A stretch of 57,197 nucleotides of DNA, taken from contig PSPR01000008.1 of the NCBI GenBank assembly GCA_004195515.1, forward strand, positions 1 through 57,197, in the 5' to 3' direction. The stretch's first letter is position 1, and each line of letters starts with the position of its first letter. Below, in pieces: positions 26,686 through 35,496 of the stretch. The position numbers and the translations under genes are program-made. The notes below the pieces were generated by a model. The model was not told the origin of the DNA. It saw only the letters and a list, made by a program, of their open reading frames with translations, and searched no databases. This stretch comes from Methanobacteriota archaeon (lineage in GTDB: Archaea > Thermoplasmatota > Poseidoniia > Poseidoniales > Poseidoniaceae).

Positions 26686-28482
26686 ATGCGTCGGGCACTA
26701 ATGTTGTTAGCAGTCCTGATGCCGGCGATGTTTGCAGGCTGTTTTGGCCAAGAAAAAATTCCTGAAATCGTTGAAGAAACCAGCGCATTTCCACATCCGT
26801 GGGAAAGAGCCGATCTGAAATATATCGACAGCGAGGATTTCAGCAGGGTCACAGTAAATGGAAGTTATGGCATCGATATTGTTCGTTCGATTTATGTTGA
26901 TGTTCCAACCATTACCGCTGCCGATGGTGGTGCTGGATTAACCGGTGATGCTGTGGTCCACTTTGGCCTGTGGTTACCGGTTATCGAAGGATGTGATTGG
27001 GAGGCTGCAGAAATTCCAGCACAATGTCAAGTTCCAGTTATTTCTGAGATCGGCCCATATTATGATGATGGCGATGTCGAAGCGGTTGAACCTGCGAATC
27101 GGCTTGGCCGATTTTTAATTGAGAATTATGTTCCACATGGCTACGGAGTCGCTCAAGTTAGCGTCTTTGGTACCGGAAATTCCAACCATTGCATGGATTT
27201 GATGGGAACCGATGAACAGCGTGGTATCGATGCTGCGGTCGAATGGCTCGGCACTCAGCCTTGGTCAAATGGCAAGGTTGGAATTATCGGGAAATCATAC
27301 GATGGAAGCACGCCTTGGCAAGCGGCGACCTTTGGCAACGAACACTTGGCGACCATCGTTCCGATGAGCGGACTCATCGGAGTTCACGATTTGATGTGGA
27401 GGAATGGTAGCATGGAAGCTCGAGGGGCAATAATGCACAATGGGGTTTACGGCTCTTTTGGAATTGATGGTGATGCTGATGACCCCGACAACCTTTGTGA
27501 AGGATATTTAGAGGGCTATGCAAATGGACCGGCGGCTTATTTGACTGGTGATATGGTCACTTATGCTGGTAATGATTACTGGACTGAAAGATCATTTTTG
27601 GATAGGGTTATCGAGAATTATAATGGCTCTATTTACATCATTCAAGGAATGCAAGATTGGAATGTAGACCCACATATGGCGTTCCCAACCCATCAAATTG
27701 CTGAGGATGCTGGAATTGAAATAAAGACTCTTGCCGGACAATGGAATCATAATTATCCTGACCGACCAGACCATTCGGATTTACCTAGTGGTCGAGGTGG
27801 CGAGGCTTATCCTTACACTTTACGTTGGGACTGGGCTGATGAGATGCTCTATTGGTTCGATTGGTATCTCAAAGGAGAAGGCGATGCGCCTGCTTTAGGA
27901 GTTGAAATACAAGACAACCGCGGTGGTTGGAGATTTGAACAAACTTGGCCGGCTCTAGATACCAATTATCTGGAAATCCCGGTTGAAGAACTCAGCCCTT
28001 CGGGCGCGGTTGTTGGAGCTACAAGAGGACAAATCACCTTTAGTTACGGTCCATTTACTGAAGATATTTACATGGCTGGAATGCCAACCTTGCACTTGTC
28101 TTCGATTCCACATACAACCAATAATGGTCATGTATTTGTCGAGATGACCGATGATAGTGGGATGCATCTTGGCCATGCGGTTATGGATTTACGATTCCAC
28201 GCTGGAGGCCGGGATGGTGTTATTGAAATCGTTCCATTCACTTCTGTAATGGCAAAGATGGAATTTATGCCAATGGATATTTTCCTAACCGAAGGAGAAT
28301 CTATTCACTTTACTATTACCCAAACTGGTGAAGATTATGTTCCAAGTCCAGCTGCTGCTGGTGACTTTTCAATCGATTGGACCGAATCGACATTGACTCT
28401 ACCTTTGGTATCTAGAAATTGTGATGACCTGTATCAAGTGCCAATGCATGATTACGGTGAAGAAGCCAGGATAATTTGCTGA
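26686..28482 (+). CDS. Secreted X-Pro dipeptidyl-peptidase / CocE-NonD family serine hydrolase (S15), lipobox-type signal
   Basis: ATG 26686 gives MRRALMLLAVLMPAMFAGCFGQ (signal peptide + Cys). Nucleophile elbow GIIGKSYDGSTPW. The C-terminal beta-sandwich (..PTLHLSSIPHTTNNGHVFVEMTDDSGMHLGHAVMDLRF..) is typical of the PepX_C domain. Confidence 0.75.
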   Translation: MRRALMLLAVLMPAMFAGCFGQEKIPEIVEETSAFPHPWERADLKYIDSEDFSRVTVNGSYGIDIVRSIYVDVPTITAADGGAGLTGDAVVHFGLWLPVIEGCDWEAAEIPAQCQVPVISEIGPYYDDGDVEAVEPANRLGRFLIENYVPHGYGVAQVSVFGTGNSNHCMDLMGTDEQRGIDAAVEWLGTQPWSNGKVGIIGKSYDGSTPWQAATFGNEHLATIVPMSGLIGVHDLMWRNGSMEARGAIMHNGVYGSFGIDGDADDPDNLCEGYLEGYANGPAAYLTGDMVTYAGNDYWTERSFLDRVIENYNGSIYIIQGMQDWNVDPHMAFPTHQIAEDAGIEIKTLAGQWNHNYPDRPDHSDLPSGRGGEAYPYTLRWDWADEMLYWFDWYLKGEGDAPALGVEIQDNRGGWRFEQTWPALDTNYLEIPVEELSPSGAVVGATRGQITFSYGPFTEDIYMAGMPTLHLSSIPHTTNNGHVFVEMTDDSGMHLGHAVMDLRFHAGGRDGVIEIVPFTSVMAKMEFMPMDIFLTEGESIHFTITQTGEDYVPSPAAAGDFSIDWTESTLTLPLVSRNCDDLYQVPMHDYGEEARIIC

Positions 28483-30405
28483 TCAAAAGCGATTTAGAAT
28501 CGAGGCAAATACATTTTTTGCTTCCCCCTGTGACCTTTCAACCAGCCTGCGAACGATGAGTTCAGGTGTTGATCGGGCCAGATGATTCCTCTTTGGAGTA
28601 CGGTCGACTATCAATTCAAGATTTTCATCCAAACCACTTGCTTCGATCCCATCGGTGCGTAATTTTTTCCCCGCTGCTTCGATGATAGAAGGTGCCAAAT
28701 GTGTGACCAATAGCATCGAAGTTGCTGGATGGTTTTCTGCTGCTTCGAGCATTCCAGCGATAATTCTCGCACCAGCACCGGGTTCGGTAATTGCTTCTAA
28801 TTCGTCGGCGAGAATTAATTTGGAATTTTTATTTGAAACAACATCTGCTAATTGCAATAAGGTTTGTTCCAACGCTCCTGCAGATTGGGTACCACCTGCT
28901 TTTGCCAATACGTGCAAAGATTCAATTCGGCCAATTCTTGCAGAGTGTGCTGGCACAGGTAAACCCATATGAGCCAATATTGTACAATGAGCAAGCAGTT
29001 CTAACATTGTGGTTTTGCCGCCGCTATTTGCGCCGGTCAAGAGTGCAATCGATTGTCGATCACCTTGATTGGCACAATTTCCTAAACCATAATCGACTGG
29101 ATCTGGCTCACAACCTAACATCAGATGACGCCCACCTTTAATCGCGATACCATGTTCACAAATTTCCGGCATCACCGCATCGATATCTCGAGCCCAACGT
29201 CCTATGGTAAGCCATTGGTCAAGTTCGACTAATTTTCTCAAACCGCTCTCACATTTTGGTTTGAGTGGAGCCAATCTTCGAGCGAGTGAGACCAACCTCT
29301 CGGATTGGCTTGATTTGAATAGGTCCTCAAGTTCACTATCGATTTTGTCCAAAATGGAGCGGTCGGTCTTGGTCGGCCATTCGGATTTGAAAATATTTCG
29401 GGGGCATCGAACGCCGACATCACTTAGTAAAGTTGCCAATTCATCGGTCGCTGTTTCGATTGCTAATGTAATTGCGTCGCTGGTTTGGCGGGCCAATTTT
29501 CTCTGTAAAGCACCGGTGTCAGCCAATGCCTCCAACATATCAGCACCGCTCAAATCCAATTTGACATTTTGCATCGATTCATCAACTTCGGCTTTTATCT
29601 GTTGTTCCAATTTTTTGGCCAACGGCCATAATTTATCCCTCACATCATTGATGGCTTCACCGTCTGCTTGGTCGGATAATTCATCTAGAAGCGGGCCAAG
29701 ACTTGGAATTCGGATTTGGTTGAATTGTTTTAGGAATCCCTCACCTGCTGGTAAAGTGGTGAGAAGTCGCAGAGATTTTTCATTATTTTCAAACCATGCC
29801 ACACATTTTTCTGGCAGAATTAAATCTTCATTTGCACCTTCAGGCAGAATTACCCATCCTTCTGGAGGCTTGATGGGTGCACCTTCTCCGATCCATGACA
29901 CCTGTTTGAAGACGGTATAATCTTTCCATGTTTCCTCGGATGATGGGATGAGGACTCGGCAATGGCGCTTGAGATTTTCAAGCAATATTCGACTTACGAC
30001 GACTCGTTCGTAATGTTGTGCTTTTTCAACCGGTAAGGATAAATTCTCGATAATATAATCGCAGTCCATCGCACTTTGAATCAATTCTCTTCGAAGGCTG
30101 AAATCCTTGAGTGGCATCAAAGATTTCAATCGGGTTTTTGTTGATTGGTTAACGGCATTATTTGCAATGGTTGCAACCAATTCCTTGTGAATTCGGCGCG
30201 ATTCTTTGGTCGCAAGAAATCCTTCGTTTCCGTTTATTGCACGCGCTAATGCTTCGGCCCGCTTGAGCGAAACGCCTTCAACCTCGGCAATTACCGAGGT
30301 TTGTCCTTCTTTCAGCAATTGTAATACCTTATGCTCCGAACCGAAATGTTCGGTCAATTTCCCAGCCAATCCTAAGCCTACCCCGGGTAGTGTTTTCAGA
30401 ACCAT
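28483..30405 (-). CDS. MutS-family ATPase without mismatch-recognition or Smr domains; N-terminal helix-hairpin-helix (archaeal MutS-like)
   Basis: N-terminus LPGVGLGLAGKLTEHFGS...VEGVSLKRAEALARAI (HhH pair), then a long helical middle. MutS domain-V motifs LLTGANSGGKTTMLE (Walker A), LILADELEAITEPG (Walker B region) and LLVTHL. Confidence 0.75.
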   Translation of the reverse strand: MVLKTLPGVGLGLAGKLTEHFGSEHKVLQLLKEGQTSVIAEVEGVSLKRAEALARAINGNEGFLATKESRRIHKELVATIANNAVNQSTKTRLKSLMPLKDFSLRRELIQSAMDCDYIIENLSLPVEKAQHYERVVVSRILLENLKRHCRVLIPSSEETWKDYTVFKQVSWIGEGAPIKPPEGWVILPEGANEDLILPEKCVAWFENNEKSLRLLTTLPAGEGFLKQFNQIRIPSLGPLLDELSDQADGEAINDVRDKLWPLAKKLEQQIKAEVDESMQNVKLDLSGADMLEALADTGALQRKLARQTSDAITLAIETATDELATLLSDVGVRCPRNIFKSEWPTKTDRSILDKIDSELEDLFKSSQSERLVSLARRLAPLKPKCESGLRKLVELDQWLTIGRWARDIDAVMPEICEHGIAIKGGRHLMLGCEPDPVDYGLGNCANQGDRQSIALLTGANSGGKTTMLELLAHCTILAHMGLPVPAHSARIGRIESLHVLAKAGGTQSAGALEQTLLQLADVVSNKNSKLILADELEAITEPGAGARIIAGMLEAAENHPATSMLLVTHLAPSIIEAAGKKLRTDGIEASGLDENLELIVDRTPKRNHLARSTPELIVRRLVERSQGEAKNVFASILNRF

Positions 30406-30457
30406 ATTGATTCATTCAGCGTCAAGGGGTTTTGAAGATAGGGGTAGACTTCAAACT

Positions 30458-30856
30458 TTACATCCACTTATTTAATTCGCTAAATGCGAGCAGGCGGCGT
30501 TTAATTTTACCATCTTCTATTTCGTAAACATCGGCACAACGAATCGGTTCTGGATTCGGATTTGCCTTGAGTGGCCCCATGTCCATCACGATTGGACCGC
30601 TCGCAATATATTCTAATGAGACAAACATTCCAGCATCTATGAGATTGATGATTTCAAGATTTAATTTTGGACTACACTCCATAACTATATCGAAATAATT
30701 TTTGAGATCATCGAGATTTTTAATGTCTCCATAATATGAAGAGGCTCCACCTTCGGCGGTAAAATCGGGGTGGAATAATTCGTCGATTAATGATTTATCT
30801 TTTCCGTTCCAGCCGCCTTCAATCCATCGCCGGACCAAGTCACCGCTCTCGCCCAT
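30458..30856 (-). CDS. SnoaL-like / NTF2-fold protein (ester-cyclase-like)
   Basis: 132 aa. ..LVRRWIEGGWNGKDKSLIDELFHPDFTAEG.. is the usual N-terminal pattern of SnoaL-like ester cyclases. Confidence 0.55.
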   Translation of the reverse strand: MGESGDLVRRWIEGGWNGKDKSLIDELFHPDFTAEGGASSYYGDIKNLDDLKNYFDIVMECSPKLNLEIINLIDAGMFVSLEYIASGPIVMDMGPLKANPNPEPIRCADVYEIEDGKIKRRLLAFSELNKWM

Positions 30857-30880
30857 AGCAACTTAACATCAAGGGTATTG

Positions 30881-30886
30881 TATAAA
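30881..30886 (-). promoter_or_regulatory. Candidate TATA box (TTTATA on the minus strand) at -30..-25 from ATG 30856
   Basis: Plus-strand tataaa at 30881-30886 reads TTTATA on the coding strand of the SnoaL-like gene. The spacing is consistent with a leaderless transcript. Confidence 0.4.
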
Positions 30887-30891
30887 GGCCA

Positions 30892-32304
30892 TCAAGGGAG
30901 TACCGGACCGTAGATTGGCATCTCGACCTCTACTGCAAATAGTGGATCGTCATGAGATGAATCATGATAGGCGACCACAACTCCACCATCGCGGAGAATT
31001 CCCATGGAGGCGAAGTCGAAGCGAATATCGTTTCCAGCACCGCTGGTCGAATCTAGGTCGCCAAGACCGATGTAAGTAATGGTATCAGGGCTCATGTCTT
31101 CCGAATATCCTCTCACGTGATATACAGTATCTACATCTGGGCCATCCGCATCTTGGTAGCGTACATTAAGCACGAATAGATCCAATTCTCCATTGGATTG
31201 GAATTCCCATTCCTCAATTGAAGACCAATATTCTTCGCTATAATTTTGTGTTTCCCAAGTGACACCGCCATCCCAAGAGAGATGGTGAGTGAAAGTTGTT
31301 CCAGCCAAACTCACACAATTGATCGCACCCGAAGAATCGATTTGACAATATTGTGAAGGAAATTGAACATCGTGTTTATTCCAATTGAGTGATGTGTCCA
31401 AATAGGCTGAAGTGCCATCAGAAAAATATTTTGGAAAATATAAACCACCATCTGGCACTGCGAATGCACGCATTTCTTTGTGAGGTTTATTGACATCCCA
31501 ATATGGTGGTAAATCCGCTTCGGTATAGTTTAGATTTACCTCGACCGCACCTGGATTTGAACCTCGGCCTGCGAATTGGAAGGAGTAATAGTTCAAACCG
31601 TCAACGCTGATTTGACCACCAGCGTTCTGAGTTTGATGCCAAAAATTTGAGACTACCAAACTCGCCCATTCACCGCTGCCATATGAACTAGAGATAGGTC
31701 CGACAACCTCGACTTGCCAAGAGCGGTCATAAAATGGCTCAGTCATCCGGTTATAGCACCATTTCCACTCCTCCTCGGCTTCATCATAGAGAATTGCATA
31801 AAATTTGTCGATCTTTCCATCCGCGCCGATATATGGGAACCACGACATCGAAATGATATCTCCATTGATCGCTTGAACGATGCTACCCTCACCTAGTCCC
31901 TCGGTTCCAGGATTGGTTGGCGCCGGGGTTCGACAGGTGATATCAGGTAGAACCCCTGGGAGCCAAGTATCCCATTCATGACCGCGGTCATCCGACCAGC
32001 CGGGATATTCTCCGCCGATATTGAGGATTTGGCCATCGATTGTAGTAGCTAAATAATGTTCACAACAATTTCCGCCTTGGTCCTTGTTAAAAACAGCCCA
32101 TGTAGTGGTAACGGTCAGATTATTTCGTAAATCTGTAGTGTTAAAATTTCTTGGATCGTTGGCTGGATCAGTATCTACCAACTCATAATTCAATAGAATG
32201 GAGGTATATGCTTCCTCTGGCGCCCCTATTTCGCCACCATCCCCAAAACAACCTGCGAGCAAGGTTGAGAAAATGACCAACATGGCGAGAATGCGGGTCT
32301 GCAT
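30892..32304 (-). CDS. Secreted lipobox protein with Asp-box (BNR) motifs, sialidase-like beta-propeller
   Basis: MQTRILAMLVIFSTLLAGCFGDGG (signal peptide + Cys). SWDGGVTW matches S-x-D-x-G-x-T-W exactly, and SDDRGHEW is a near match. Confidence 0.6.
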   Translation of the reverse strand: MQTRILAMLVIFSTLLAGCFGDGGEIGAPEEAYTSILLNYELVDTDPANDPRNFNTTDLRNNLTVTTTWAVFNKDQGGNCCEHYLATTIDGQILNIGGEYPGWSDDRGHEWDTWLPGVLPDITCRTPAPTNPGTEGLGEGSIVQAINGDIISMSWFPYIGADGKIDKFYAILYDEAEEEWKWCYNRMTEPFYDRSWQVEVVGPISSSYGSGEWASLVVSNFWHQTQNAGGQISVDGLNYYSFQFAGRGSNPGAVEVNLNYTEADLPPYWDVNKPHKEMRAFAVPDGGLYFPKYFSDGTSAYLDTSLNWNKHDVQFPSQYCQIDSSGAINCVSLAGTTFTHHLSWDGGVTWETQNYSEEYWSSIEEWEFQSNGELDLFVLNVRYQDADGPDVDTVYHVRGYSEDMSPDTITYIGLGDLDSTSGAGNDIRFDFASMGILRDGGVVVAYHDSSHDDPLFAVEVEMPIYGPVLP

Positions 32305-32358
32305 GGTGATGGCGATTGGTCGGAGTGATTTGAAATCACCCCTCTTTGGTCGAATGGG

Positions 32359-33939
32359 TTATTCTTGCTCTAATTCTGAATTTGGTTTCAAATCAGATTC
32401 GAATGAGGACAATGTAAACATCAGACCCAAGACCAGTAAAAACTCAAATGGAGCAGCCCAATTTATCCAAGGTTGGATGAGGTTTAGATCCATCGTCTCA
32501 AGAAATTCTGGATGAGCCTTCACCCCGTTTGCCATAGCTACCGACATGCCAATGAAGGCTATGAATGAGGTCAGAATTGAAGCATAGCGGAGTTTTTTCC
32601 CGAGAGAATTTCCATCTTTGATAGCGAAATGTGCGAGGACTCCCCATGTTAAACCAAAATGAAATACATTCATTGAAGTGAAAATATGTTGATCAAGATA
32701 GTCGTACATATTGAAATATGCCATCGCCGAAATATTCCCACCGACCCAAATTCCGCAAGCTAAAGAGAGGTGCATCCACAGTTTTCTCGACGATTCTAAG
32801 TTGACTTTCCATAATCGATATGAAACAAAACACAAGATTGGCCCTGTTGTGAATAATCCTATTGTGAAAACTATTCTTTGTAAACCCGGATAATCTCCTT
32901 CAGAGATGAAGAATGGAATTGCTCTAGCATCGCCTGAGAGTGCATGAATCAAGGTTGATAAGAAAATAGTCGAAGCGGACAACGTCCATCCAAGGGTATC
33001 ATGAATACAATCATCGATTGAAGTCCATTGAATTCCTAATTCGTCCTCAGCCTTCTTGGACAAATATTTTGCATCTCCTATGAAAAATGATTTCGATAAT
33101 GCTCTCGTAATCATTCTTTTGCCAGTGAAAATTCCAACAAACCAATCTTGGAAAATTGCCATCGGCATCAACCACTTTGGCATGCTTCTTTTAGGGAATT
33201 TTTCTTTTGGATACAATGTCTTTGCCTTTTTTAGAAGGTGAAAAATCGTAGTGTCATTATGAGGCGCTAAGATATATCTGCCATGAGCTTCATCAATTTC
33301 AAATGCTAATCGATGAGCTGTCGCAACATCGTTTACGTGAACAAAAGCAAGAGGTATTTTTGGGGCCAAAGGGTATTTTCCCGCCATCGCCTGACCAATG
33401 ATCTCGACCGAAGGGGTCGGTCGAGCAAAATTCCCTCCAAGGATACCACTTGGATTGATGACCCTCAAATCCAAATCCAACTCCTCTGCCAACTTCCAAG
33501 CAAGTCGCTCCGATTCGGTTTTGGCTTGAGTATATGGGAGCGAGAAATTCTCATTCCAATTTGATTCATCTTTCCATCCTAATGGCATCGTGCCTATCGC
33601 AGCAACTGACGAGGTGTAAACCACTCGCTTGATTCCGGCTTTTGCTGCAGCCCGCAAGACGATATCCGTGCCTTTATTCGCTGTTTCCAAGATGACTTTT
33701 CCATCACCGCTCGTCGAATATACCGTCGCCAAATGGAATAGGCCGGATGCACCAGCCATGATGTCATCCCAACCTTCCTCATCGAGAACATCGGCGATTC
33801 GAAGATCAACATCTAGGCCGGGAGATTTAGCTTTATCACGGACGGTACCTCGTACCTCATAGCCGTGTTCAAGCAGTTGGCGGACCAAATTATTCCCTAC
33901 ATGTCCGTTGATACCGGTCACTACCACTGGCCCTGCCAT
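32359..33939 (-). CDS. Fusion protein: NAD(P)-dependent extended SDR (cinnamoyl-CoA/dihydroflavonol-reductase-like) + C-terminal polytopic membrane domain
   Basis: The N-terminus VVVTGINGHVGNNLVRQLLEHGYEVRGTVRD starts about 300 aa of SDR fold. The last ~210 aa have about 6 hydrophobic spans (..IFLSTLIHAL.., ..IVFTIGLFTTGPILCFV.., ..LSLACGIWVGGNISAMAYF.., ..VFHFGLTWGVLAHFAI.., ..ILTSFIAFIGMSVAMA.., ..FEFLLVLGLMFTL..). Confidence 0.7.
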   Translation of the reverse strand: MAGPVVVTGINGHVGNNLVRQLLEHGYEVRGTVRDKAKSPGLDVDLRIADVLDEEGWDDIMAGASGLFHLATVYSTSGDGKVILETANKGTDIVLRAAAKAGIKRVVYTSSVAAIGTMPLGWKDESNWNENFSLPYTQAKTESERLAWKLAEELDLDLRVINPSGILGGNFARPTPSVEIIGQAMAGKYPLAPKIPLAFVHVNDVATAHRLAFEIDEAHGRYILAPHNDTTIFHLLKKAKTLYPKEKFPKRSMPKWLMPMAIFQDWFVGIFTGKRMITRALSKSFFIGDAKYLSKKAEDELGIQWTSIDDCIHDTLGWTLSASTIFLSTLIHALSGDARAIPFFISEGDYPGLQRIVFTIGLFTTGPILCFVSYRLWKVNLESSRKLWMHLSLACGIWVGGNISAMAYFNMYDYLDQHIFTSMNVFHFGLTWGVLAHFAIKDGNSLGKKLRYASILTSFIAFIGMSVAMANGVKAHPEFLETMDLNLIQPWINWAAPFEFLLVLGLMFTLSSFESDLKPNSELEQE

Positions 33940-33980
33940 GGCCCCCCATTGGTGGTTTCCACTTGAATCATGCCATCGGA

Positions 33981-33991
33981 TTTGAATAATA
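33981..33991 (+). promoter_or_regulatory. Candidate TATA element (TTTGAATAATA) centred about -27 from the cysS ATG
   Basis: It is the only A/T-rich block in the 72-nt divergent spacer, and its spacing is as for leaderless archaeal mRNAs. Confidence 0.3.
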
Positions 33992-34011
33992 GCGCTTTCA
34001 CCAAGTAGGCA

Positions 34012-35496
34012 ATGCCACTACGGGTTCACGATACTCGACGCCGAGAAAAGGTGGATTTCACCACCATGAAACCGGGGGTTGTCAATATGTATGTATGTGG
34101 GGTTACCGTATACGATCTATGTCACCTTGGCCACGCTCGCTGTTATCTCTCATTCGATTTGATCCACCGTTGGCTCGAGAAATCGGGGTACGATGTGAAC
34201 TACGTTCAGAATTTCACCGATATCGATGACAAAATCATAGTGCGGGCCAACGAAACCGGCGAGGATTGGAAAGCTTTGGTTGAAGCAAATATCGAGACAT
34301 ATTATCGGGATATGGATGCTTTGAATATTTTGCGTGCTGACCAATATCCTCGCTGTACTGAATTTGTAGAAGAAATGATTGCTATTAGCTCTGATTTAAT
34401 CGAAAAAGGAAACGCTTACGTTGCCGATGATGGGGTCTATTTCAGCATCGAAAGTGCGGCCGAAAAATATGGCATGTTGACCGGCCAAAATATCGATGCC
34501 GTGCGCAGTGGTGCAGGTGGTAGAGTCCAAGGGACTGGATCGACAAAGAGAGACCACAAGGATTTCGCACTTTGGAAATCAGCCAAGCCAGGTGAGCCGA
34601 CTTGGGATTCGCCATGGGGGCCAGGTCGTCCGGGATGGCATATCGAGTGTACCGCGATGAGCATGGATGCTTTTGGCGAACAATTCGATATTCACGGCGG
34701 CGGACACGATCTGCTCTTTCCACATCATGAGGCTGAGATATTTCAGGGAGAATGCCATACGGGTTGTTCCCCTGTCGTTCATCATTGGCTCCATAATGGC
34801 TTTGTCAATATCGATGGTGAGAAAATGAGCAAATCGCTCGGGAACTTTTGGACCATTGAAGATATTTTGGAAAAAATTGATCCTTTGGTGCTGCGCTTGT
34901 CCTTGATAAATGCACATTATAGAAGTCCAATCGATATGAACGAACAATTGTTGAAAGATGCGGCTAAGAATCATGAGAAAATTCTGAATTGTTATCGGGC
35001 TGCGCTCGAATTGAGGGCTGAGAATGCGGTGCCGTTGCCCGAAGGAGATTTGGCTTCAAAAATTCCATTAGTCAAAAGTATGGCATTGTTGGAGATGATG
35101 GCACAAGGCTTTGCCAAAGCGATGGATGACGATTTTAATTCACGGGAAGCGATTGCGAAGGTATTGGCTGCTATTCGAGAGATGGGGAAAATGTTCAGTG
35201 TTCTCGACGGCGATGATGTTGAGGCTTTTGCCAACTTTGCTGTGGAGTGGCTTGAGGATACAGCCGGTGATGTTCTTGGGATATTGCCAACAAGAGATCT
35301 GACTTTGGCCGAGCCTGAAGATGATCCTCGGAAAGCGGAAATTGCTGACGAGGTCGAGGAGTTGTTAGCACGAAGGGCCACAGCAAGGGCGGCTAAAGAT
35401 TGGGAAGCGGCAGATTCTATTCGCGAAGAACTCAACCGTTTAAGTGTAGAAATAATCGATACACCAAATGGTACAACTTGGGATCTAGCCCCTTAA
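34012..35496 (+). CDS. cysS: Cysteinyl-tRNA synthetase
   Basis: MYVCGVTVYDLCHLGHARCY (HIGH region), KMSKSLGN, WHIECTAM, and a typical length of 494 aa. Confidence 0.95.
   Translation: MPLRVHDTRRREKVDFTTMKPGVVNMYVCGVTVYDLCHLGHARCYLSFDLIHRWLEKSGYDVNYVQNFTDIDDKIIVRANETGEDWKALVEANIETYYRDMDALNILRADQYPRCTEFVEEMIAISSDLIEKGNAYVADDGVYFSIESAAEKYGMLTGQNIDAVRSGAGGRVQGTGSTKRDHKDFALWKSAKPGEPTWDSPWGPGRPGWHIECTAMSMDAFGEQFDIHGGGHDLLFPHHEAEIFQGECHTGCSPVVHHWLHNGFVNIDGEKMSKSLGNFWTIEDILEKIDPLVLRLSLINAHYRSPIDMNEQLLKDAAKNHEKILNCYRAALELRAENAVPLPEGDLASKIPLVKSMALLEMMAQGFAKAMDDDFNSREAIAKVLAAIREMGKMFSVLDGDDVEAFANFAVEWLEDTAGDVLGILPTRDLTLAEPEDDPRKAEIADEVEELLARRATARAAKDWEAADSIREELNRLSVEIIDTPNGTTWDLAP

Noticed and set aside
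29204-29920. 238-aa plus-strand ORF inside the MutS-like gene
   Set aside because: It is antisense to a gene with clear conserved motifs. Its translation is Ser/Leu/Asn-rich and low-complexity with no motifs. This is typical of stop-poor antisense frames.
34992-35435. 147-aa minus-strand ORF and several others (34437-34974) inside cysS
   Set aside because: They are antisense or overlapping frames of a highly conserved aminoacyl-tRNA synthetase gene, with Ser/Ala-rich low-complexity translations.
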